Shown: in pieces, positions 25,001 to 37,000 of the stretch
Layout of the letters: each line of letters opens with the position of its first letter
Numbering within the stretch: the stretch's first letter is position 1
Assembly: GCA_012295275.1 (NCBI GenBank)
Contig: CM022673.1
Span: 4,402,001 to 4,466,000 of the forward strand
Source: Chrysomallon squamiferum
Lineage: Eukaryota > Animalia > Mollusca
DNA: 64,000 nucleotides
Reading direction: 5' to 3'
Made by a program: the position numbers and the translations under genes
Notes under the pieces: generated by a model
What the model saw: only the letters and a program-made list of their open reading frames with translations
Database searches by the model: none
Told to the model about the DNA's origin: nothing

Positions 25001-28000
25001 TTCCATGTATCATCATTTATTTATTGTCTTTTATATATTTTATTTTTTAAATTTATTCTATTTTCTTCATTTTAATTTATTTTAAATTTGTTTATTTTAT
25101 TATTATTTTTTATCATATTTGTAATCATTTTTTTATTTTTATTTATTTTTATTTTTTAATCATTTATGTCTTTGAGAGATATATATTTATATTAATTATT
25201 TAATATTCTTATAATCAATTTTATGCACAGTAATGTTTATGCACAAAAGAAAAAAAGAAAAAACACAAATAATAATTGTTTCATGATCTTTTTGGATTCA
25301 ATTAATCTTTATTATACTTAATAAGTACAGAAAATTATAATTGTTGAAACTGTCAAGCAAGCCTACACTGAATTTGAGGAAGTTGAAATGAATTGTTCTG
25401 GCTGTTTTGTATGTTATACTAGAATTCATGATTCATCACATAATTAACTAGACTTGTTTGCCAATGCTGTAAATGTGATATATATATATATATATACATA
25501 TATATAACAAATTACTTCTTTTTTATTGTAATTTTTATTTTATTTTATTTATTTTTTTCCTCTCAGTATTATTCCTTTTTTGTTTAATAATAATTATTAT
25601 TATTATAATAAATCTATTTTTATTTTATTTATTTACTTTTATTTTTTTTTTTTATTTTTTATTTTTTTATTTTTTTGTTGGCAAGAATGTCTTAAATGAC
25701 AAGATAATTATCAACACTTTTAGAATATAAATTGTTTTATAATAACTACTTTTTAATGCTTTTTTATGTCTTTTGGATTAAATGTCATTTTAGATGTTAA
25801 AAATATATATGTATAAAAGAAAAATAGATAAAAATAGTGCAGAAAGGCTGTTGCAGGTGTAGATGAAAGAGAATACAAATTCTTTAGGTTCTTTTCTTTT
25901 CTGGTGTTGGCCCAACATAAAAACCCTGCCATTTCCATTTCTTAACTTAAAAATTAACTCTTGATTTTCATATTGTTTTATGTCATTTATCCTTCTGTGT
26001 CAAAAAGATTTTGCAATAAGCATAGGCAGTTTTCTAAATGTCATTTTTCTTTTTAATTTTAATTTCTTTCAGTACTTTTTTTTATTTTTATTTTTAATTT
26101 CTTTCAGTACTTTTTTTTATTTTTATTTTTTTTTTTATTTCATTTTTTTTTTTTTTTTTTTTTTCTCCTGCTTCTTCATTTTCCCCATTCTGTTCCTCTT
26201 TTTTTTTTCTTCTTTTTTCTTACTACCAACACCTCTAGCAGATGCTTTTGCAATGAGCTTGTCTGGAAATTAGCTTTTGTACTGCTGAAGAATGTCAACA
26301 GATTGGTGCAATTTACTTTTGTGAGCTAGAACAAATTGATTTAATTTTTCAGAGCATTAAACAAGCTGTTTACACAGGCCTGTCAGATCTCACATTGTGC
26401 GCAGGTTAAAATAATCAATTTTAATATATCAGCAGTATGTTCATGTCAAGTCAGCAGCATGTTAAATAGAGCAATAAAATATTTTATAGGCAGATTTAAA
26501 AAAAAAAAGAATCAAACATATATATATTTATATTTTTTTAAATTTTAATCTAATTTTAAATAGTTCATGTGTTTTTATTAAAATAGAAGTGTGAATTTGG
26601 ATTATTATTTTTTTATTTAAAAAACCCCAACAAAAACAACGGTATTATTTAATTCACTGTTATAAAATAAAATTATATATTTATTTTCATTTGTTCTTCT
26701 TCTTCGGTCTTTAATGCATTCTGCAGGTTATTGTATAACGTCATTTGTTTTTTCCTGAATAACAATGAAAATAGTTTAATTTGTTTTTTTATTACAAGCA
26801 ATATTGCGCATGTTGGAATTGCAAGATTACACTAAACACGTGTTCTTTGATGCTATGAGCTGGTGACAGGTTCTGTTAGTTCATGTGGTAACCATTGTGT
26901 GCAACTGTGGCAAGATGGATTGGCATGCCAAAAATAAGTCTGTAGGTGCATTTCTTCTGTAGAGATCGCTGCAGATACCAGCCGACTACATGAAATATGT
27001 GTTTGAATGTGGTTGGAAAGGCAGCAGGCAAGCGTGATACATTGGATAGGTTTCTTTCACAGTGTTCATTGTTATTGTTCAGAAACCAAACATTTTTGTC
27101 TGATAACATATCATTCTGAACAGTTGATAATAAAATATTTTAATTCTTAATATTTTTATATTTTTATTTATTTTTTATTTACTCTATATTGGATTTCATC
27201 AGTACAGCAAAAAAATAAAAAGTACGTTACATGGTTATTCTGACTTGATAATTGATTAGTCTGTGCATGCATATAAATATGTTATCAGTAAATAAATGAA
27301 AATGTTCTGTAGACAGGTAAAATAAAAATAAAAATGGCAAATAAAATTTAAACAAAGTGTCAAAAATGACAAACTAAAACCCACAACCTTTCTAAATGAA
27401 TAAGACTTCATTTTAAAATGCATAGTATAGATCTGGTTTCATCTGCCATATGTTGCATGTATAAAAGTCATTGATTAAAACTGTTTTCGGATGCTGTTAT
27501 ATATTAATTCATTTAATTTACATTCATAAACAAGGATATAAATCTGTCTGCATAATCTAACAAAATTAATATAATGAATATGACATGGATAAAGTATAAG
27601 CACTTTATGATGTTAAAAACATACATACTTGTTTAATATGCATGCACGGGTTTGTGATATGTTTATTTGCATATGTATTATTTGTGTGTGTATATTTTTG
27701 CCCAGCCTGGTAGATAATGTTCATGTCTATGTGAGATGGTGGAGTCTGACCGAGGACTACTGTTACAGCTATTTTTAGTGTGGTGATGACAGCCTGGTTC
27801 TGGGTTAGAGTTCTGTTTGATTAGCAATCCAGACAGTATTGAACTGACACATCCTATATATATAAATATATCTAGTGTTAGTGGAGCAACACTTTCATTA
27901 TTATTGTATTAATGTTGCTTGCAAAAACAATACCTTCTTCCTTTAAAATATTGTTTTTTGTTTTTTCTATTTTTCAATTTTATTTAAAAAAAAAAAAAAT

Positions 28001-31000
28001 TGTAACAATAGTACAATTACTAGAATTAAGTGGGGTTTTTTGTGTGTGTGTGTGTGTGTGTGTGAGTGAGTGAGTGAGAGGAGCACTGAGAGGTTTTTTT
28101 TTTTTTTACTTTTTTTTTTTTTTTTTTTTTTTCTCTTTTTCTCTTTTTTTAGTTTTAAATTCTGCTATATAATCTGTCTTATCATTAAAAAGTTGTTTTC
28201 CCTTTTTGCGTGACACAATTATATACAGACTATGACTTTTTAATTACTAATTTTACTGCCCATTACCATCTGTGTATGAAATAACAATTACAGCCCTTGC
28301 CTGTTTCTAGAACATGTTTTCTATTAAGTATGTGTACCAGCATGCGTGCATGCATACTTGAGAATATATGGTTTTAACTTACAAATCTCCTAAAGGTAAT
28401 TTTCAAGCTTAGCAATTATTTAGAATCTGGCATGTGCATAACACACACACACACTGCAACGAGTTCCTATTTGCATTAAATTATAATCAGAAAAGCCTCA
28501 AGTTTCATTACTTTTGCCTCTGCATTTATTTAGATATATATAAACATGCAGATCAGTTAAGTGCAAGTTTAATTATTAAATGCTTTAGACTACAGACAAC
28601 TGTTCAAAGAAAATGTGCCAGTTCCTATAGCTACATCAAGATTTGGCCACATAAAAAGTTTAAGATCACATTTATGTGTGTATATAAAAATATCTATACA
28701 CTACATGCATATATCACATACACCTATCTCTGTGTGCTTGATTTGAGATAGGTTGTGAAAGATCTCAGTTTGCTGTAAATATATACATGTAAAATCTTCC
28801 TGTTGAAATTTATTACCATTGTAATCAATTTACATGAATGTTTCTTGGTACGTTGCCAGCTCGTGTGTTATAAAAAGTATGCAGTGTGAATCCTTCATGG
28901 AACATGACACACAAAAATAATGATTGATTTACATGTTAAATCAAGATTCACGTACCTTTTGAAACACTATTTATTTATTTATCGTTACTGTAGCAGTTGT
29001 TGTAATAATTTTAGTACTTGCAGTGTATTGTTATTGTATTGCTTGTAAAATACAGTGACATCTGTTTCCATTATAAATGACCACTTGATACCTCAGTATT
29101 ATTTTTGTTTTTATTATGATTATTTATTTATTGTTACAGTAGTAATTGTTGTAATAATATTGGTACTTGTTGTTTTGCTTTTAAAGTTTAATGACATATA
29201 GGCCTATTTCCATTATGTGCCCTCATTGTTGTTATCATTCTGAGTTCTATTTGTTATTTATTTTTTATTTTATTATTTTATTTATTTTATTTTTTTATTT
29301 TATTATTTATTTTTTTAATTTAAAAATTTTAAATACTGATTAAAACAGTATGTTTTATGTGTGAATTTAATAATTTTATGCAAGTGTATTCATTTGGATG
29401 TTGAAAGCAGAATGTTTGAGGGTTTTTAGATCCCATTTATACATTTATACTTTATCTGCATATTTTGGAACATTTATGTGTAAGTTTTTTCTTCTTTATA
29501 TTTAAAAACACTTTAGTACATAACAGCAAACACTGACTAAATATAAATTATTCCATCACCCAGTTCTTGTGGCTGTGTTAATTTTCCTTTCTTGTATATT
29601 CATGATAAAAGAAAAAAATATATACTGCTGGTGATATCTTATAATAGTTATTATTATTAACAATTACTGTTAAAATGCATTGAGCTGTATTTTTAAAAAC
29701 ATTTAATCATTTCACCCATTAGTTCTGAAAAAAATGATCCTAAATAAAGATTTGATCCCAGTATCTGTAAAAGACAAGTCTAGACTCTCTCTGCTCTTGA
29801 GGTTTAGTGTGTTAGCCTTGTGAGGCAGCAGTCTACAGTTCTGCTTCATATCATGTTGATAGCTAATAAAGGGCCCTGCAGTGAGATAAGTTTGTTACTG
29901 TAATAAACACTGCTGTTTAATATTAGCTTACTTGTGTATTTAGTTAGATAACAAATATGTACCAAAAACATGTCTTCAAACTGATAGATCAAGACCTATT
30001 ATGTATCCGAGATAATGCTGACAGTACAAGACCTCCCAGGTGATTGGTATTTAAGTATGTTCATTGAGTTGCTTTGAAATGATAGCTGTTTTCTTGTAAA
30101 TGTCTTGACATTTTGATAGGCTTGTTCTCTAAATTGACTATGCACAAATGATATGTACACATACATACAATGAGCCAGCTCCATCCTAGTTTTTTAATAC
30201 TGTTAAAAAATATTAATTATTATTACTTTTTTTTTTATGTTGTTTCTTAAAAGGTATGGCATCATTCAAAATGTACTCCATTTCAAACAATTAACATAAA
30301 AAATTTAAAGAAATAATTTTTTTTCTTCTTTAAATCTTTTTTTTTTTTTTTTAATCATTAAAATGTACTATATTTTTATTGTTTGTGTTGGGAGAGGATG
30401 AAATTCATGATATTTCTAATTATGTTAAATTCAGCAAGGATGTACTTTTTATATGAGTGGATATTTTTTTTATTTTATTGATACTTTGATATGTATATTT
30501 TACTCTTTTTTTTATATTTTTTTATGTTGTGAGTACAGTTAATATTTTTTTTGGAAATAAAGTAGTTAATTTGCTTCTTTTGTTTTTTTTTTTTTTGATG
30601 TTTACAACTAACATTTCTAGTGAAATAAAGATGTTAATTTGTTCAGGTTTTTTGTTTGATTTTGTTTTAATTTGTGGATTACAATTAATATTTCTTGTGA
30701 AATAAAGGCAGTAATTGACTATTATTATTATTATTATTATTTAAAGTGGTGATTTCAAAAAATATTTCTTGTGAAATAAAGATTTAATTTATATTATTAT
30801 TTTTTTTTATTTTACAGGCAGAGTCGAGATTAGCAGCCAAGAGAGCAGCCAGAGCTGAAGCTAGAGGAATTCGTCACAGAGAAATTGAAAAGCAACAAAG
30901 AGAAGTAATAACTTACACAGACTTACATAACAGTACACCCAGATTAAACATCTTTTAATAAGTAGTTATCCAGTGGGTCTGTGGAATGAAAAATAAAGTG

Positions 31001-34000
31001 TGTGTTGATTATATATTTCAAAAAAATGATAAAATAAATAAATAATTTTTTTTTATTTGTTTTACAGGCAGAAAAAGAACAGCAAGAAAAAGTTAATGAT
31101 ATCAGTGGAGATATAACCATCAGATCGGTAATTACTTTTTTCATTTTTTTTCCTAGCTACATCTGTTAATAACAGAGCTCATACTGTCAACCCATCACAC
31201 TCTTATATCTGCATCATATATTCTCTGTCACTCCATGTTACTGTACCAACAGCTTCACTTATTGTTCATCTCATTTCATAATAAACAACTAATTTTCACA
31301 CTCCTGACTGCTTTCTTGAGTTGGTATGGCTGTTTTAATGATTTCATTGCAAGTAAAATGTTGTACTTCATTGGCAGGAAAGATTAAGTAATTTGTGTGT
31401 TCTGTTGTTAGGCTGGCCGACAAGATGGATCAAGGAGAGGCAGTGATGATTCCACAGAAAGTTCAGAGTCAAAATCAGACAGAAATTTCAAGGTTTGAAC
31501 TTCTAAAATCAGACTTTTAAAATGATTACTTAAATTTTTTAAATATTTATTTTATTTTTTTTTTTTTTTTTTTTTTCTTATATTGTAAAATACTTTTTAG
31601 AAATATATATAATTTTTTTTCTTTTAATTTTTCTTTAAATGAAATAAAAAAATGTCATTGTTTGTACACTAATATAATTTTACAGTCATAGCCCGAAGAT
31701 CATTTACAAGAATAACCCACTACAAAGTTATTATTTTCACAAGTTTTTATTATTATTATTATTATTATTATTGATGTCAGAACTTGATTACATTTGGTCA
31801 GATAGGTGTTATATTTAATTATTGTTTGGTCTGTTTATTTATGTTTTCGTCCACAGGCTGAATTACGAGAGCTGGAAGAAAAGTATAAGAAAGCCATGAT
31901 GACCTCTGCCCAGCTGGACAATGAGAAACAGACACTGATTTACCAGGTGGAGCTTCTCAAAGACCAGCTAGAGGAACAGGAAGAGAGTTTTACTGAATTA
32001 AACAGAGAATATAAAGACAAAACTAGGGTATGTGTGAACTTGGAGCAGAAACATCATCTGTAGTCAAAGCTGTGTGAATTTGATTCCAGAAATTTCATCA
32101 GAGTTTTATAGACCTGAATTTATTTATGATGGTTTTGATGATTTTCATCAGAATTTGTTGGGTATTTAAAAAAAAAAATAATAATAAACAAAACTTGTTT
32201 AAAATAAGATGAATAAAGACTTCTATATGGCCTGAATTTTTGGAAATTTTCTTTGATATTAGAACAGTTTTGTTGACATAAACATTCTAAAAACGTAATT
32301 TTATTCTTTATTTTATTTTTCTCTTCTTTTTTTTTCTTGTTTATTGTTGTTGTTGTTGTTAATATTATTATTATATATTCAAATTAGTTATCTCTTTTTA
32401 TATTTTCAGGAATTAGAAATGAAGAAAAAGGCATACAAGGATATAGAACATGAAAATGCTTGTTTGAAAGAACAGATGGCATATAAAGATAGATTAATAG
32501 AGGTTAGTACATACTGCTTTTAATGCCATTCTGTAGACATTCAATTTTGCTTATTTATAGTCACCTACATTAAAAATCCATCCAAGTAAAGGGATGTAAT
32601 TTGTTTCTAATAATAATATTCATCTATCAGTTTATTTTGTAGTCATTTGATAAACATTTTTGATTAAAAAGGCAGGGTGGTGATAAATGGACATAATGTA
32701 ATTTTGTTCAAACTATCAGATGATAGAAAACTTACTGAAGTTTATATTTGTTGTTTCAGGAAAGTGGATTAGTGATTGTGTCTGCAGGTGAAGATGGTAA
32801 ATATGTTCTACAGAAGAGTGATTCCTTGTCCAATGGGCCGGTTCCCACTGGCAACACAGCCCTTCTCAACATGGAGACCATTGAAATATTGCAGAAAGCA
32901 GGAGAAGGATCATTAGGTACAGCTGGCATTGATTGTAGTGATAGAAGCATGCATGGTAACCACAATGGTCAGGTAGCACCCTCAGAACAGCATGTGTGTG
33001 AGTCTGAACCAAAAGTAGATTCAGATGCGCATGAAAGCATTTTTGAAACTGGTGCATCAAATGTCAGTCCTGTGACTGCACATGATGATGCATTGGTGGA
33101 TAAGAAGGTTACTGGGGGAATGTCTGAACAGATCGTAAATGATGGGTGTAATGAAATGCATAATATTTCCCAAAATGTTAATACTGAAGTTAACAAAGAT
33201 GTTAATACTGAAATTCAGAATGTAGAAGAAAGTGTAAACATATCTGAAGCTGTAGTTACTGCAGAAACTAAACCAGAAATATTGGGGGATTCTTTAGCAT
33301 TTGATCTAGATGGCGAGGGTAACATGAAAGGTGAAAGGTCAGGAGATGATTCTGGAATATCTTCTCCTGTAGGGCTGCCAAATATAATGGTTACTGATAG
33401 TACAGGTAGCAAAATCTCCCTTCAGAGTTGTCAGTCTGATGAAGAAGGTGATGAATTTTTTGATGCTATAAGTGCCACTCCTTCTCCTTATGAGAAGCAT
33501 AAATTTTACATTCCTGTCAATACAGAAGGTGATTTAGGTGAAGTTGATGTCCAAGAGATCTCTGAGACAACTGAAAAGGTAGAGGAAAAAGCTGCAGATG
33601 AAAATGTGTTTGAGGATAGTAACATAAGTCTGGATGTTGAGAAACAGTGTTCAGAAAACAAAGAAGATAGTGAATATAGTGAGTCAGTATCTATTCAGAA
33701 AGATTCTGAGGTTGACGAGGAAGAGGCTAGAAAGTTAGGGATGAATGATGAAAGTTCAGGATTAGGGTTAGTTGTGGATGAAAGTAAGGTTTGTAGTAAT
33801 GTTAGTAGTAAGCTAGAGATTGGTAACCATGAATCTGACAAAGACTTAGGTGTCACAAAGGAAGATGATAAGGACATTTTTGAAGATAGTACAACTAATA
33901 CAGCTGATGTTTCTGATAGTGATAAGGCAGATACTCATGTTTCCAAATCTGATAAAGAACTGTCTGATACAAGTAATCGTGATAATGATAAATCTGAAGC

Positions 34001-37000
34001 CTTAAGTGAAGTAAATTTTGAGAGTAAAGCAGACGTTGAAATGTCAAAGAGTGAAGATATTGATGAACAGAAGGTTGACTCTCATTCAGATATTGATCAG
34101 GTAACTCAGAATTCTAATAAAGAAAAAGTAGATACTGAAAAAGATGACGTATGTACTGAATCTGAAATAAGCAAACAGGCTGAAGCTAATATTCCAGAAG
34201 ATCAGGCTGAGTATAAAGACTCTGACAGCAGCAAAGATTTATCAAAGAATACTGTTCAGGAAGAAGAAACTGTCATTAAACCAATGACAGTATTTGTAGA
34301 AAGTCCTGAAACTGAGGATGCTGCTGTTGGAGTTACTTTAGAATCTAATGCCAAGTCTTCTAATGATGTTGTTAATTCCACTGATAAAAACAAAACTGAA
34401 TCTCAGATTGACAATACTCCTGCACTTGATGAAACTACAAAACCAGAAATAAATACAGAAAAAGAAAAAGGAGAAGGAATTTGTAAAGATGATAAAGAAG
34501 TAGAGGAAAGTAGAGAGAAATATTCAGGGAATGAAAACACAGATACTGATAAAGATAATCTTAATAATGCAGAGATTACATCTGAAGTTAATACTGTCAG
34601 TGAAGTAAAGACTTCTGTTGAAATAACTGAATCTAAAGAACTGCCAGCAGCATCTGATGAGTCTGTTAATAAAGTGGCTAAGTTAAATGATGAGTTGAAG
34701 AATGATTATGATGAAAAGAGTAATGAAGAAGAGGTACAAAATGAGTCCAAACTTGAAAGCAGTGTTTCTGAAGTAATATCACAAGAAAATGTTGAAGATG
34801 ATTCAAAGGTGGAAAACATTGAAAATGATGGTAATGCTGAAGATGATTCAAAGGTGGAAAACATTGAAAATGATGGTAATGTTGAAGATGATTCAAAGGT
34901 GGGAAACATTGAAAATGATGGTAATGCTGAAGATGATAAGAAAATGGATACAAATGAAAATGCTCTAGAAACACCAATAACACAACAACTTGAAACATCA
35001 GAAGTAGATGAAAAGAATAATGGTGACAAACTAGATGAGTCCAAAGGTGAGAATGATACTTTAGGAGAAGATAAACCAAAGGTAAATCTTGAGGTCACTT
35101 CAGTGATAGAAAAGCCTGAAAGTAATGTTGATGCTGAAGCTGTTAAGAATGTAAATGCTGAAGTTCAAGATGAACAAATCAGAGAACCCAAAGAAACGTC
35201 AGGACCAGACAAAACTGAGAAAAATAATGAAGCAGAAATACAAGATGAGTGCAAAGAAGAGAACAACACTAATGAAGATGAAGCTAAAGAAAACAGCAGA
35301 AAGGCTGAGGAGAATAATGAAAGAGAAACAGAAAATAAGTCCAGAGCTGAAGATGAGGCTCCTGAAGAAAAACCAGAAGCAATTGTTGCCAGTGACGACA
35401 AAGACACAAATCCAAACACTGAGAAAGAAGGAAGCCCCAGTGCAGCATCTGATGACATCCTGGATGATGATGTTTATAGTTTTGATGACATCGATGAGGT
35501 TTTAGAAGATGATGCACACAATAAATCAAACACTGAAGAAACAAAAATTAAAAAAGTTGAAAGTATCTCAGACAACAGTCAGCCAGAAGACAATCAAGCA
35601 CAGGAAGCAACTGGAGGACAAGAAGATACCAAAGATGAAGAAGACTTGGAAAGTCATTTAGATTCTCTCTCTTCTGAGGTAAAGGATAGCAAAGAGGAGA
35701 GATCTCAGCAAAGAAAATCTAAAAGATTTGGCAAATTTTTCAAAAATATCTTTAAATAAACCTTTTTTCAATTTCTGATTTAGGACTAGTCATTTTTGTT
35801 TGCAGTTATGGCTTTAGATGTTTGGATTATTGTGGTTAACATAGAAAATTTTCTTTTTGAAAAATATGGATTTGACAGTTTGTGGTTATCATTCATTTTT
35901 AATTGTTCAGTTTTTTGTGTCAATAGTTATTTAGAAGTTAGGGAGTTTGTTTTTGCCAGATTTGTATCATTTTACTTTGGTAACAATTTGTTATAATTAA
36001 ATTTACAATTTATCTTTCCTTTCTTACAGTTTCTATTATTATATACAGTCATCTTTATTGGGATTGATACTAGTATATATGCACCTCTGCTATTCTATCA
36101 TTATTAATACAAAAGATCAATCATTCAATGTCTTTTGGGGTTTGTTTCTTCTTTTCTTTTCCTTTTTTTTTTTTTTTTTTTTTTTGTCTGTTTACCTGAT
36201 ATAACGTGGATTTTATTGATCATGGGTGTTTCCTCTTTTTTCTTGTTTATTAGTTGAGAGAGTGTAATTGTGCTTACTAAGTGTCACTGAACGATCACTT
36301 GTAGTTATTTATGAAGCTGTTCTTGAGTATCAGTTAAACTTGACCTTACATAAATGAAGTAGTGAATAAGAAGTCATTATTTATATAGATTTATAATAAG
36401 TGATAATTTAAATTTCACCTGTGACCTTATTTTTAAAAAAATCTTAACCACTTGCTGGTGTTTATTTTACACTTCTTGATATCTAATATTTAGAGGCATG
36501 TTTCTGTCAAAGAATGAGTTCTCAATCAAAACTATTTAACAAATTATGTTCATATCAATTTTGTTTCAGTGTTTATTAATTTTAAAAGGTGTTTAGTTTT
36601 TGGATTCCATATCAAAACCAAAAAAAACTAACAAAAAAATCAAACAGTCTGTAACAGTTTATTTTGATACTGTTCTACTTCATATCTATATCTGGCAGCA
36701 TATGATTAGATATCAAAATTGGATTGGGATGATGGTTGAAACTGGTATTAGTAATTTTACAGTGGATTGTTCTTTTTCTAAAAAATATTATTGTTACTGC
36801 CATTAGCCTTTAATCTCAATCTTTTAAAATGTTTTTCATAATTTCTATAATGACAAAATCAAACGCATTTATCCTTTTCTTACGGATATCAAGTTTTAAT
36901 AATATTTTTAAGTAAAAGTTTTAGAATATAACCTTCATCTACAGGTTTTTCAATTACATATCAGTATTTCCTGAGTGATTATGTTGATACAGAATTTCAA

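Noticed and set aside
34788-34937. CRISPR-like repeat
   Set aside because: The units are contiguous with no unique spacers, lie inside a eukaryotic coding exon and keep the frame.
32756-35544. Multiple minus-strand and alternate-frame ORFs over the giant exon
   Set aside because: These are shadow ORFs caused by the biased codon composition of the sense frame.
32748-35759. 1003-aa ORF as an independent nested gene (for example a biomineral acidic protein)
   Set aside because: It has no ATG start or signal peptide. It begins at a splice acceptor in frame with LRRFIP exon 6, and its first 52 codons are LRRFIP exon 7.
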